From Octopus bimaculoides (taxonomy: Eukaryota), in NCBI RefSeq assembly GCF_001194135.2, contig NC_068985.1, forward strand, positions 33,545,741 through 33,609,740: DNA of 64,000 nt, read 5' to 3'. Below, piece after piece: positions 24,243-38,375 of the stretch. Position numbers and translations under genes: made by a program. The notes under the pieces were generated by a model, which was not told the origin of the DNA, searched no databases, and saw only the letters and a list, made by a program, of their open reading frames with translations. The number at the start of each line of letters is the position of its first letter. The first letter of the stretch is position 1.

Positions 24243-24559
24243 TGAAACAGTTTAGAGCCAAGTATAATTCTCTGCTTCAAGTAGCTTTCACAAAAGATTA
24301 TCATGGACTGTAGGTGTCTGGTGATGAATAGGATTATCACTAATAATATAAGCAAGTAGTGAATCTGCAAAATCTTTTGGTTTGGTTACTATGGAAGTGA
24401 AGAACCTGTGTATGAAATCAATTTGATTCTTCCTATTTTGCTAGCTTTGAGGTCTCTCAGGAATATGGTTGAGTGAGAGGTTAAAATATCTGGTTTTCTG
24501 TTCTTATATTTTGTTGTTTTGCTTTTCCACTTAATAAAATAATTTCTGTTGCTTGTTCG

Positions 24560-24619
<60 letters not shown>

Positions 24620-25497
24620 NNNNNNNNNNNNNNNNNNNNNNNNNNNNNNNNNNNNNNNNNNNNNNNNNNNNNNNNNNNNNNNNNNNNNNNNNNNNNNNNN
24701 NNNNNNNNNNNNNNNNNNNNNNNNNNNNNNNNNNNNNNNNNNNNNNNNNNNNNNNNNNNNNNNNNNNNNNNNNNNNNNNNNNNNNNNNNNNNNNNNNNNN
24801 NNNNNNNNNNNNNNNNNNNNNNNNNNNNNNNNNNNNNNNNNNNNNNNNNNNNNNNNNNNNNNNNNNNNNNNNNNNNNNNNNNNNNNNNNNNNNNNNNNNN
24901 NNNNNNNNNNNNNNNNNNNNNNNNNNNNNNNNNNNNNNNNNNNNNNNNNNNNNNNNNNNNNNNNNNNNNNNNNNNNNNNNNNNNNNNNNNNNNNNNNNNN
25001 NNNNNNNNNNNNNNNNNNNNNNNNNNNNNNNNNNNNNNNNNNNNNNNNNNNNNNNNNNNNNNNNNNNNNNNNNNNNNNNNNNNNNNNNNNNNNNNNNNNN
25101 NNNNNNNNNNNNNNNNNNNNNNNNNNNNNNNNNNNNNNNNNNNNNNNNNNNNNNNNNNNNNNNNNNNNNNNNNNNNNNNNNNNNNNNNNNNNNNNNNNNN
25201 NNNNNNNNNNNNNNNNNNNNNNNNNNNNNNNNNNNNNNNNNNNNNNNNNNNNNNNNNNNNNNNNNNNNNNNNNNNNNNNNNNNNNNNNNNNNNNNNNNNN
25301 NNNNNNNNNNNNNNNNNNNNNNNNNNNNNNNNNNNNNNNNNNNNNNNNNNNNNNNNNNNNNNNNNNNNNNNNNNNNNNNNNNNNNNNNNNNNNNNNNNNN
25401 NNNNNNNNNNNNNNNNNNNNNNNNNNNNNNNNNNNNNNNNNNNNNNNNNNNNNNNNNNNNNNNNNNNNNNNNNNNNNNNNNNNNNNNNNNNNNNNNN
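24620..25497. other. Assembly gap (N run)
   Basis: N characters following (CT)n(AT)n. Confidence 1.
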
Positions 25498-25835
25498 CTC
25501 AAGATACTTACACTCTGACGGGTATTCACATTGACATTACACATCCAATGGAGCATACTGGCTTCATTCCTTGCGAGCTTACGTATGTCCTCAACAGTTA
25601 CAGCCCATGTTTCACTGCCATGTAGCATGGTTGTTCGTACGCATGCGTCATACAGTCTGCCTTTTACTCTGAGTGAGAGTCCCTTTGTCGCCAGCAGGGG
25701 TAAGAGCTCTCTAAACTTTGCCCAGGCTATTCTTATTCTAGCAGCTACACTTTCAGCGCACCCACCCCCACTACTAACTTGGTCGCCCAGATAGCGGAAG
25801 CTATCGACTACCTCTAGTTTTTCACCCGATGATGA
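25498..25835 (-). mobile_element. 5'-truncated RTE LINE, RT C-terminal region, frame intact
   Basis: GEKLEVVDSFRYLGDQVSSGGG...RIRIAWAKFREL...RVKGRLYDACVRTTMLHGSETW...ARNEASML. Confidence 0.93.
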
Positions 25836-25906
25836 TATATATATATATATATCACTTATTCTCTGGCTGTCTTTTTGTCTTGCTCCCACCCCACCTCCTC
25901 ATTAAT

Positions 25907-26260
25907 TGAGTCATTATTGTTTCTTGATTGATAAAATAAATATCAGTGAAATATACTTAATAACAGTAGAATCAATTGGCTTAAAAGAAATCACTACTGT
26001 TTATAGACTTGTATTTTCCAACTCTTCTCATTTTCACTATTTTTCTATAAACCGTTTTTCCTTCAGTGTCATCATTCCTTTCCCATTTTCTTAGAATCTA
26101 ATCATTAACATTTTCTCCTTCCTTTTGTTTTTTTTTCCATAAACTATGGTTTGTATATTCATCTTTTAAGTATCTATCTTGAATATGAGTCACTTTCAGC
26201 AAAAGTTAAGTCTCTAGGATGCTGAGTCTGCAGCCTAGTTTTGATTCTCAGAATGAGTCA
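25907..26260. promoter_or_regulatory. Cluster of three AP-1-type TGAGTCA sites
   Basis: TGAGTCA at 25907, 26186 and 26254. Confidence 0.2.
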
Positions 26261-26479
26261 ATTCACTTCATTTTAGCTCTTTAGAAATGCATGAACATCA
26301 CACAATTTTTCCCTGTTATTTATGAATTTGTGCTCTGAAAAATAAGCTCTTAAAAATAAGATGCTTATCCATCCTTCCATTTCTTATTTTCCTCTCTCCG
26401 GCTTTCTTCAGTTTTCAGTCACCTTATCTCTGTTTTCTTCTTGGTCTCTCTCATGCACACTCACTGATTCTCCTTACAC

Positions 26480-26680
26480 ATAATGCAGGAGTTTCTCAGT
26501 GGTCATTCTCTTTGCAAGAAATAGCAACCAAATCTCTTGAACCACACCCTACTGTCTTATAAAGAGAAGAGCCATTGGATAATGTAGTCTTTTGTCTGAA
26601 AAAGAAAAGACAAGAAGGCCATGGTTGGAATGCTTTGATTTTAGGTTTGCTCAGTCAGGCTGAACTAGGAATGATAAACA
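26480..26680 (+). mobile_element. Dispersed repeat family D (SINE-like 3' module)
   Basis: gaaatagcaaccaaatctc...cattggataatgtagtc. Related copies near 18240 (-), 30820, 35000 (-), 37340, 41240, 42250, 42780, 43080 and 51190 (-). Confidence 0.7.
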
Positions 26681-26811
26681 ACATTATATACTAGCTGGCC
26701 CCATGCCGTCAAAAATGATGGCTAATTTTAGTATTTTATATATAAAAAGGGTACAGAAAGATGGGAAAAAAAATCAAACAGTGCTTTAGCTCTGTGTAAG
26801 TGTATGTGAGT

Positions 26812-26842
<31 letters not shown>

Positions 26843-27054
26843 CATATGTATGTATACATTTATATGTATGAGTAGCACAGTCTGTAGCAAATGCAGTTTT
26901 CTATACTTTGTCACTGCCCGCTTTCTCCCTTTCTAAGTGTGTCTGTTTATATATGTGTGTATGTGTAAATGGACGTGTGGCTGTAATTCTATTCTAAATA
27001 AACATACACAAACACATATACACTCACTCAAATATATAAATATATTTTACACAA

Positions 27055-27085
<31 letters not shown>

Positions 27086-30000
27086 AACATTCACATTCCT
27101 CCCTTTTACACGCACACACATATACTCACACAGAGTTTGAAGTGCTGTTTGATTTTTGTTTCACTGTTGACTTTTCACCATCCCACTTCCATCAATGGAT
27201 CACTCATTCCTTTCTTATTCATATGTTGTGATGGAGAAATACACAAGAGTATTATTATAGTAGATTATTATAGTAAAAGATACACGATGCTCTCTTTGCC
27301 ACTTCCTCTCTCTCATTGCTATTAGTTTCTCTCACTTCCTCTCAATCATGGCTATTACTCTCACTACTTCTCCTTCACTGAATTACTATTTTTTTCTCCT
27401 CTCCCTTTCACTCCTACTGCGTGATTTTGAACAAATATATATATATATATATACATACACACGCACAAATATACAAAAACACTACGCTCATTAGGAGATT
27501 GCTTTGGAAATTTTGAAACTCTGCACTCTCACGTTTTCTTCAATATTATTTTCTTCTTTGAAATTAACATCTATTTTGAAGTCCTTAAAATTATCCAAAT
27601 GAAAGACACTATGCTTCTTCAGATGGTGTTTAAAAAAGGACATAGTAACCAATGGTTGCTTAATTGTGATTTTGCTTGAAAATCACCTGAATATGATTTG
27701 TTAGCAAACTGTCATGAATAACAATGGTAAATATAATATAGTAAAGAATGTCAGTTACATTTTTTGTCCTTGTAAATCTTCAAGTAAAACTGACATGATA
27801 TAATTACATGTATGATTATCTTGATTATCTCTATCTTATGTCTTTTAATGTTGACAGAGTAACTACTTCATACTTGACAGCAAATGTTTATCTGGTTTTC
27901 TAACACCTTTATTTTTCTACTCTAATACAAGGTCACCTTATGTCACTTGATAATAGATTGGAAAAAAAGTAATAAAGAAGAACGCTTCATGTATTCTTTA
28001 CTTGGTCATGTTGTGAAGGAGCTAGAGAGAGATGGTGGAGGTGAGAGACAGAGCAATTCTCTTTCAGAAAATTAAGGAAGATGTGAATAGCTTATTCATT
28101 ACTGCTTGACATAAATAAACTTATTCACTGCTCATTGAATGATTTAAATGAACTACAGGTGGATATATGTGTTTGTTTCTTCTCTTTTTTAGTGATATGT
28201 CATTGTTGTAGTTTTCTTTTGATATTTCATATGCTAAAACACTATTCAGAAAAATAAGTACTTTGTTGTAGTGGTCACTATAGCCATTGGAACACATGCA
28301 CATTGTTATCACTACTTTTAATTTATTAGTCTTTGATACTTATTAATAAATACAGTTAAACCTTGGTTATCCTATCAGTTGGTCAAATTTTGGATAATCT
28401 GAACAAGATTTCAAGAGTTTAGGAATATCTAATCTGCTATACTGCATGCAATCTGAACTCAAGAATAATACTGATGTTACCAGTTTGTCTTTTGCTGTAA
28501 AAGTGAATTCATATTACTGAAGATCATATAAAAATGTTTAAAGATGTGTTAGTATTTGTGTGACAATCACATATTTAGTTTACAGTTATTAGAAGTACCA
28601 CATGTTGATCAGACGACTCATTTGACCTCAGTCAACCACTATAAACAGTGTTCGTACAGAAGGATTTAAAAGAATAGAAAATCAGTGATGTCTTCATCAC
28701 TCTACAACTTTGTTTTGAATACATATCCGTTATACGTAATCAAATATGTTGCTGTTACTATGCAAAAGAAGTGAAATTTTACAGTCTGGATCATAATTAA
28801 AAGACTTCAAAGATTGCACACGTGAACAGCATTTTATTGATTGGATGATATAAAAACTGTAAACATGCTTTTCTTTATGTAATTATATTTAGTATGGCTT
28901 CTATTGTTTATGATCAGATCAGTTATCTAAGCACAATACACCTCACTCATCCCATTTAGATAATTGAAGTCTAACTGCATTACTATTACAAAATAATAAT
29001 AAAATGAAAGTGAATACAAGTATATGTTTTAAATGGCTACAATGATTTTACCACAATGCAATTAGTATAGTCCCAGCACAATAACTCAGATCAACTCACT
29101 TGTCAAACAAGTAGAACTCTATTTGTCTTTGTCTTCCACTGCATAACTAAATACAACTATTCACAAAGATATTTGCAAATATAAAAAATACTATCAAATG
29201 AATATATTATCAAGAGGGGTACATGGCTCTAGTTTTAGGGATCTTTTGGTGTATTGTGAAATTGACCTTGACATGTACTGCTGCTAGCTAAAAGCAAGCT
29301 AGATCTGTAAAGATTCAAAGAAATGGTAGTTTGTAAATTACTTTGATATAACATTTGTTGGTTATATGATCAATCTAGAGCTATCAGACTTTTCTGACTA
29401 GCTAATTTTCTCAGTTTCTGTAGCAAATGGAAGATTTGTCTATGGATAAGACACAGGTCTATCACAGATATCTATTCTTCACATAAACATGTAGAATTAA
29501 GTGACTTGTTCAGAGTGACAAGGCCTTCTGTCGATATGAATTTATTTACAAAAGTGTTTGTTCAATACTTTATTCACTCAGCCATTTCACCTCTGCCACT
29601 TGGTCTTTGTTTTTGTTTGTGATGGTTTAAATACATCTACGAATAAAATAAAATAAAATTTGCTAGAAAAAGATATTGATTTAGGCTCTCAAAATCTAAT
29701 TATATCATTGAACCGTACTAGCAAATAATGGTTTCTTACTTTAACAGAAAACTTCAAATTTGTAGATGAAAGTCATAGTTGACCATGGTAGGATTTCAAT
29801 TTGGAACATATAGAATTAAATACTATAAAGCATTTTTGTCTTGCTCTTTACTGTCACTATCATTCCAGACTAGTAGTAATCCATTAACAGAAGAGACAGC
29901 ATTACATTTTTCTATATAAGAAATATATAGATAATTGTTTTGTGAGTTTTCATGTATCTGATTAGAGTATCTGATTATGAGTTAAGACTGAGAAATAATA

Positions 30001-31228
30001 AATCCTAATACTTTGCATAGAAGATATACTGAGAGAAAGAATGGAAAACAAGAAGAAAGAATTGAGTAACAGGAAGGAAGGAAGGAAGGACGAGAAAAAG
30101 TGCTTCACTGAATGTTATTCTACGAGTAATTGTTAGATATCTGTTTGAAGCTACTTTTGAATATAATTCAATCTTGACAATCTAAGTATGTTGCCTCTCT
30201 CTCTCTCTCTCTCTCTCACACACATATATATATTTGCACATATATACAGATATACACACATATACACAATAACGTGTTTTGGAAAACACTGGTAGACAAT
30301 TTAATAAACACATTTCATATTTCATTTCACAAAATCTGTTGTCAAACATCATCCACAAGTTTTCTGCTGCTATTCTTGTCCACTCGATTTAAAATATAGA
30401 ACTAAATCAATCCAACAAGGGAGCAGAGTAGACAGTAAGTTTCTTGAAGAACCTAAGTCCATTATTTTATTCTTTTGTGTGTTCCCTTAAGCATGTTTCT
30501 TAGCTATGATGATATTATCTCCGAAGAAAACATGTCACAAAACATTTTGTTTCCTCTGTGAATCTGAAGTTTTTATGCTTTTTGTCAAGGATATCAGTAA
30601 TGTAAGGCAAATTTATGGGCTTCAGTTCAAATTCTAGCTATGCCAATTCTTCACCTCCCTTGTCAATGAAATAACTACAAACCTCTGAGGGATACTTATG
30701 CAGTGCTTGATCTACTAGAGATACAAGCTAAATGTCACTCAAATTACACCCTTAATGTGTCTTAACCTTTTAGCATTCAGATTTACTCTGTCAAATTTAA
30801 CACTTATTCATATTGTTTTGAATTAATCATGCAATATCTCATAGCTTTGAGATTTCAATGATTTGATTGTATATCTTTAGAATGACATTGTAGGGTAGGT
30901 GTAAGAAACCAGATCTGGCTAGTTTGAACATAAAACAGGTAGAATATTTGGGCCAGATGTGACCTTTTTAAATGCTAAAGAGTTAAGTGATATTATTTAG
31001 TTTGAAATTCATGATCTCATTAGAAGATGATAGTTATTAACCTGTTCTTGTTACTTAACCATAGGTCCACACGAACTGAGTAAACCTATGATCTCAGACA
31101 TTCCAGTTTTGACCACCCAGTCTTTTTTTTTTCTTCTTAATATAGCACATCTAGGACTACACTATGAAATATATATTAGCAACAAAAGTAGTTCTAATAC
31201 CAAGAGGTAATATTTATCTCCACGTAAA

Positions 31229-31377
31229 CATGGTTGTTCTATTAGAACAAACTATGCTGCAGTAATTAATCTCCACTAGTAATATAAACATTAATGCATT
31301 TTGCATCAGAAAGCCAATATAAGAGTTTCTCTCATGATAACTACTGCAGTATAGCTTGTTTTAGTAGAACATCCATG
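31229..31377. repeat. Imperfect inverted repeat (40-bp arms, 34/40), MITE-like
   Basis: Arms 31229-31268 and 31338-31377 aligned by hand. Confidence 0.85.
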
Positions 31378-31904
31378 TCAAGTGATGTAGTTTGAAAGAG
31401 ATTTGGTTGTTATTTCTAGCAGGTCGAACAGTCATATGGATGCACCTTCCTTGGCTTGTTGTTGTTGTTGTTGTTGTTGTTGGTGGTGGTGGTAATTCTT
31501 GATGCTGTTAACTATAACTTTTATTTGTTTTTACTGATAACTATATCCTAAACTCTATTCTATCATTGCCAAATGAAAAAAAATAAATAAATAAATGAAC
31601 CAATAAAAGGAGATAAAAGTTCAAATGTGACAAATACTGATGGACCAGAATTATATCTAACTACATATGGACCTAATTATTCTTGTATTTGTGACTGAGT
31701 ACTTTTCCTTCTCATGGCTTACTGCTTCATTTAGTTTCATGTTCTTATAGTTCACAGTCTCTTTATCTTGGTTGGACTGAACTAACACCATACAGAACTA
31801 CTGAAGAGTCCTGACTTGAAACTCCCTCATTTCTCTCAGAGATAATTATCACAGTTGCTCTGCATACTGTATGTCCTTCTCTCTCTCTCTCTCCCCCTCT
31901 CTCT

Positions 31905-31951
<47 letters not shown>

Positions 31952-32459
31952 AGAGGTAGAGAGAAATAACATGGCAAAGAAATTGGGTTTAAGAACTATA
32001 AGCATCTTCAATTTTTTTTCTTTATTTTGATGGTTTCTCGACCTTTTAACCAAATCCAAAAATCTGTATTCTATAGATCACTTGTTTATATTATGTTATT
32101 CTGCCATCAACCCAATTACAAAGGCTGTGTTTATCTTAAAGTTTAAGAAAAACAAAACAAAAAAACTACTTCCTCTAAACTATGCTTTCTTGCAAACACA
32201 CACATGCATGTGCCTTCCTGAAATTCTTGGAGACGTTTTAAAATTTTACAAATATTTTCAAGCTTCCAAAAATAGAAATTTTTTGACCTGTTTACATAAA
32301 ATAAAAATAAATGATATAATTTAAACCTACTCTGTTTTTCAGAACTATCTTATATCAGTTTAGATCTTGTGTAATTATAGTCAAGTTATTTAACCCATAT
32401 TTCCATTTCAGCCTGTTTAGATTCTAACACAAAACCCCAACAAAATAATAAACACAAGC

Positions 32460-32493
<34 letters not shown>

Positions 32494-32620
32494 TGCATGT
32501 TTGTATGTGTGTGTGCATGCATGTCTGTGTGTGTATGTGTATGTGTGTCCATGTAGCCCTCTTTAACATGTTTAACACCACTTCTGCTTGAGACCACTTC
32601 TGACATTTCTTTGTTTTCCT

Positions 32621-32918
32621 TTCTCATCATTCAGTCAGGTTTGACAAGTCTGATGAATGGCACACTATCATTCTGTATGATTTTGTGTTATCTTATCTGT
32701 GAAGCACAGTATCATTGGGATTTTCTTTGGTCTTCCGCTTCAACAGGTACTTCCACTATCAGAATACAGCACTTCTCCATCTCCAGAAAATATTGTTCAA
32801 ATACCTTGTATGCCCATTTCCACCAAAGCTGCTTGTCTGCATGCAGCAACTAATATTTCTAAAAGCTTCCTTCTTTCCTCTTACAGTCAATTTTTCTGCT
32901 GCACATCTGTATTTTAAT
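32621..32918. mobile_element. Old LINE-like fragment; inverted homologue at 34005-34240
   Basis: tttgacaagtctgatgaatggcacac...tatcttatctgtgaagcacagtatcattgg occurs here on + and at 34.0-34.2 kb on -. Confidence 0.75.
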
Positions 32919-32924
32919 TCAACT

Positions 32925-33330
32925 TAGCACGGCTGTGTGATAAGAAGTTTGCTTCCTAACCACATAGTTCCAGGTTCAGTCCCACTGCATGGCACCTTGA
33001 GCAAGTGTTTTCTACTATATCCTCAGGCCAACCAATACCTTGTGAATGGATTTGGTAGATGGAAACTGAGAGAAGCCCATTGTGTGTATGTGTGTGTGTA
33101 TGCGTGTGTGTTTGTGTCTGTTTATGTCCTCCACTGCTGCTTGTCAACTAGTGTTGATGTGTTTACGTCCCTGTAACTTAATGGTTTGGCAAATAGATCG
33201 ATAGAATAAGTACCAGGTTTTCAAAAAAAAAAGTGCTGGGTTCAGTTCATTTGACTAAAAATTCTTCAAGCTGGTGCCCCAGCATGGCCACCGTCTAATG
33301 ACTGAAACAAGTAAAAGATAAAAGATAAGG
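32925..33330 (+). mobile_element. Full-length family A SINE (head, microsatellite linker, 3' module)
   Basis: ggctgtgtgataagaag...ggttcagtccc...(TG)n...gtaacttaatggtttggc...gactgaaacaagtaaaagataaaagata. Confidence 0.85.
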
Positions 33331-34004
33331 CTTCCCCCTCTTAAGTTGTACTTGTTTGGTAAGTCTGTGAGTCTGTGCGTGAATTATACCAATTGCAGAG
33401 ATACTAGCCATTTAAAAAATATATACATGTATTGAATTCCATTTTGTTATGATTTTTTAATATCATATTAGTAATGATTACAACATTGTACATGTTTTGT
33501 AATGGCTGTAAGAGTACTAATTTGGTCTACACACATAGTTTTCATTGATGCTAACAGTGATCACACACTAAGTCACAGAACTAAAATCTTATTTATATTT
33601 AGTAAAATTCCTTTTCTGCCACCTTCATAAGATGTCTAACATTTGTTGTCATATCTGCAATCTGTATTTGTAGAAGTTAAATATTTGTGTTGGTATTAAT
33701 TATATTTCACTACTAAATCAATGTCCTTCCTTTCAAATTCACAATATTATGTATTCAGAAAAGAATATTTAATCTACATTTGTAAACCTACTTGTTTGCC
33801 AGGAATAGATATTAGATCATCTAAAATATCATCTGGCATAAACTGGTATTCTATCCAAAGAAGTCGGAGTTAAACAAGAATTTAAGAAAAGTCCCAGTTG
33901 TGGACAAAGTTAAGTTAACTTATTCACATCGACATGATATTGGTTATGTTTATAGTAATTACCATATGATATGCTACCATTTGTTGATATGCTAACTTCC
34001 AATA

Positions 34005-34240
34005 AAATATTGATATGCAGCAGTAAATTGACTGTGAGAGATGAAAAAAGTAGGTGGAAAGCATTAGAAATATTAGTTGGTGCAGCCTTGGTAGAATGGG
34101 CATACAAAGTATTTGGACAACACTTTCTGGAGATGAGGAAACTCCAATGATACTGTGCTTCACAGATAAGATAGTGCAAAATCATATAGAATGAATTGTG
34201 TGCCATTCATCAGACTTGTCAAATTCAAGCCAGTATGATA
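34005..34240. mobile_element. Old LINE-like fragment, inverted relative to 32621-32918
   Basis: Reverse complement aligns to the 32.6-32.9 kb copy with an internal deletion. Confidence 0.75.
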
Positions 34241-36254
34241 AAGAAATGGATTTTTAAAAGAGGATAATAATAATTTGTAACATAGACTAAAGGTCACAAA
34301 ACTAATAATAATAATAATAATAATAATGCGTATGATGATCTCTTCAGCTTTTTGAAATGTAGAATAATACTGTTAAGTTATAAAGATGAAAATAATTTTA
34401 TTTCTACAATGTGGCTACATGCATGTTACTTGCAAACATGGATACCAGTATTGTAAAAGTGAAATCACCATAACATCATAATTTTCTGAGACATTGAAAA
34501 CAAAAATAATGTATTTATAATCTTTCTTATTACTAATCACTCATATAAATTATATGCAATTATATGTTTCCTTTCTTTGACCTTTTCTGATAAAGTTGAC
34601 CTAAAATCATAAATATTCCTTCATCTATACTGATAAAAGAAATTTTTTTTACATGTTCAGTGGTTGATAGGGGAGCAACAAAAATATATTATTGCATTTA
34701 ATATCTTTGGGAAGAGCATGAAGATCATAATGTAAACCTTTTCTTTTCCCTGAAAACTCTAAAAACAACAAGGCTTATCATTCTATGGTGAATTCTATTG
34801 ATTATGTAAAAGTATGTAGAAAAACAAGTATTTGATGTTTGAATAATATTTTTTTCCCTCATGAGAAATTGGTTTATCAAATTTAACTTTTATTCCTCTC
34901 TCAAGAAGTCTTTTGTTCATTTGTTTACTTTTTTTGCATGGGAAAATTGAATATACTCAACTTGTCTAGATAAACCTTCCATACACACATACCACCACCA
35001 CTCAGCATTATGATCAAGAGCATTCCAGCCATAATCTTCCTGCCTTTTTATGTCATTGATTACATTATCCAATGTATTCTTTTTTTCTAACGATAAAGTA
35101 CAACTTGAGGGAGATATGGCTGCTATTTCTAGCTGGTCAAATGATTATGCCTCATTGGCTCATCATGATCATATAGGTGACAGTGAATGAAGTTGTAGAA
35201 ATAGCAGTGCACCACAGTAATGCCTTTAGTGTTTAGTTATATTCCATACATTCTGAGTTTAAACTACAAGTTTTTTTTGTTTTTAACCTGTTTTAGGATC
35301 AATAAAATATACAGCAGTCATATACTAGCTGATTAAATTCAGCTATATTCCTTCCACCTCTATAAGTTGGTGGGGTTTAAGTCAACATAAGAAATTAGTT
35401 TCAAGAACATTTAGATTATATTGACTTCTTAAACTGCATAAAAGGCCTTCAGATTTATATAAGATGAGAACTATGAGTGTGCAATGTTCATATTATTATG
35501 AACATTGTACATATTAATGATACAAGTCAGGTGGATTGTCTCCAATTAAGGATGAAAACCAGGTTGAAAACGTGGCACACAAGAAACTTAACCGCTACAA
35601 TGTTCAATGCAAATTAAATAATTTAGTACACAATGGGAAAGCTTGCTAGACATCGATTCAGTATTGTTATTTTACACAGCTGAGTGAATTTAAGGATATG
35701 AATGGAATAAAAATACTTCTAGGGAACACTTCTAGAGGTTTCAAACCTTTAATGTTTTACAATGTATTATTTACGTAGAAAACGAAACCTATTTTTAACC
35801 CCCCTCTTTTTATGTTCTCTTAATTTTCTTATTATTTTAACTTTGGTATTTCATTTCTGCTCTCTCTCTCTTTTTTGTTATTATTATTAATATTTTTATT
35901 TTTTTGCATGAAAGAATGTTATATAAGTTATATTTTTATTTCTGTAACTATGAATGGAAACTGAAGCCACACCTACTTGAGTCATTCATGTCTTCTTGTT
36001 AAGGCTGAATTAAAGGAGCTATTCAGTAGAGTATGCTGTTATAAAAATATCTTATCTACAGACCTTGATTATGAAATATATATCTTGGAAACAGAAATCT
36101 GTTCTTTCTTCTAGTAAGGTCAGTGATTCTGCTAGTCTCAAGACTTTACTTAGGACCTAGAATATAAATAAATGCCAGTGTTATTAATGACTTGAGTCTA
36201 AGCACAGCTGTTCAGGTGCTGAAGTTGCAAATTCAACTTAGTTTATCAATCTTG

Positions 36255-36440
36255 AAGGAATTTTTGGGGAAGGAGCCAGTCGATTAGATCGACCTCAGTA
36301 TGGCACTTAATTTATTGACCCTGGGAGGATGAAAGGCAAAGTTGACCTTGGTGGAATTTGATCTCGGAATGTAAAGACAGACAAAATACCACTAAGCATT
36401 TCACCCAGCATGCTAAAATTTCTACCAACTCGCTGCCTTA
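36255..36440 (-). mobile_element. SINE family B
   Basis: ggatgaaaggcaaagttgaccttggtggaatttg...ctaagcatttcacccagcatgctaa. Confidence 0.85.
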
Positions 36441-38220
36441 TGACTAGCATAGTTGACGGTAGCTGGTTTTTGACTCAGACACATGATATTCAGCGACACG
36501 CTGTAATTTGAATCTCAGCTCTCTGCCTAAAATGATAATAACAAATTTTAACAATAATATAAATTATGTAATAAAAATATAAATTGTTTTTAAAGAAAAG
36601 AAAAAAATGGGCATTTTCATAAGAGTGCTTGACTTTTTTCTAATACATCAAAAGATGATTCATTTGTTGAATTTACAAGAGAGGAAAAGATCACTTTTCC
36701 TTTCTAAAAGAAACAGTTGTGGCTAAGAATCAAAAACAAATTTTAGTGTCAGCTAATCCTAAATTTTCTACAATCATATGTTGTTCAATAACAATACTTT
36801 CTTCAAACACTTCCATATTTATGGAGAAGGAAATATAGGATATGCTTATCACAAGGGTATTGTTGGCATAATGAAAGTAAGATTATTACAAACAACTTTT
36901 GAAATCAGGTCACAGCTTTACCTAGTCAAGATCTTACTTCTTTACTCTACACTAACGACAAGTATGATGATAAGATTTCTTTTGATGAAAACTCATTTCC
37001 AGAAAGGTACTGCTACTTTATCAAATTCAGAAGGATGAACAAGTGAAATGAATCAGAATATAATTTTCCCCAAAAAATATTGTGGAACAAAATATAACTC
37101 TGCAAAACAATCTGTTATTACTCAGAAATTCCAACACTTCTGAATAATGTGATAATGAGTATTATTTTAGTAGGTTTTACTTTCATTATGAACAAATCAT
37201 TTTAGTAAATCAATAATATACACTGCATGTACACTGAGGATTCATTTCCATTAAATTGTTTGGTGGGTAGGATTGATTGTTATTCAGAGCCTTTTTAAAT
37301 TCACCCATTTTATCATATCCTTTTTAAATCCAACCAGTTCAGCCAGTTAGGAAAAGCAACTAAATCTTCCTCTAATCACAGCTTACCATTCTTCCAAAAA
37401 AAAAAAAAAAAAAAAAAAAGACACTTTCAACAATGTAATCTCTGATACACAAAAAAGTCAAAGACAAGATGGTCATATGCTGGAATACCTTTGACCATAG
37501 ATCTGCTGAATCTACTAAATTAGAACTAAACAACGAAAATAATGGTGTAATAGTATTTATCAGTCATTAGACAGGGCCTTCATTTCCCAAGATTAAGGAT
37601 AAAATTTTATCTTCTGGCTGATGTTAATATTCATTGCATTATAAAAATAGATTGTGGATCTAGTTAAATTGATTCACAGAATCTGCATTTTTTAAAAGGA
37701 AGTAAAAAATCTGAGAATCAGTTATATTGATGTAGTTTTCCACTTTTATTGCTGTGAATCCATGATCTTGTGGAGAAAAATTTGAGGAAAATGTTAGAGG
37801 TTTAAATATCGAAAAAACTGAGTATTTTTAGTTGTGTCAACTTTAAGGTTGTACCTTATTAAATTTATAGTTTAGTGAAATGACCTGTTATCTGTATTTA
37901 CTTTATGCGTATTTCAATATTATGTATACCTGTCATGTACATCATTAATATATAAGTGCATGTGGATGTGTGTATTCATATATAAGTTTATATGTATATG
38001 TGAATTGGTTTAACTAGATCCCACTCACAAAACACAGATACACACAACATACATACATGCATACATATACACACATACACACATACAAATACACATACAT
38101 ACCCACACACACACACATAACACTCATACATGCACACACATATACACATATGCACATGCATGCACACACACGAACACACATATACCTCCTCACACACAAC
38201 ACACACACATGTGGCACAGA

Positions 38221-38375
38221 GGCGGTTGAAGTGAAACACAACACAACATGCACTTGTCATGGTAACAAGCTGTTAATACCTCACTGTTTGTTGATTGGCT
38301 AAAATTATCCAAATCTCCCAACTTTAATTCCAAATAACATCAGGTTCTTTAATTTACGAGATAAAGTAATTGGTT
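38221..38375. promoter_or_regulatory. Promoter-like cluster: RFX X-box plus two CCAAT boxes
   Basis: CTTGTCATGGTAAC 38253-38266 (reverse GTTACCATGACAAG, near-consensus X-box); TGATTGGCTA with ATTGG at 38294-38298; second ATTGG near 38369; a few CpGs. Confidence 0.4.

Noticed and set aside
24531-25889. 452-aa and other ORFs
   Set aside because: They span an 878-nt N gap; the real coding part is an RTE fragment.
36778-36987. Two exons separated by a 32-nt GT-AG intron
   Set aside because: The intron is implausibly short for this genome type and the upstream acceptor is weak.
37988-38302. Cys/Val- and His/Thr-rich ORFs (also 44041-44259, 51912-52131, 63473-63957)
   Set aside because: Translations of (CA/TG)n microsatellites.
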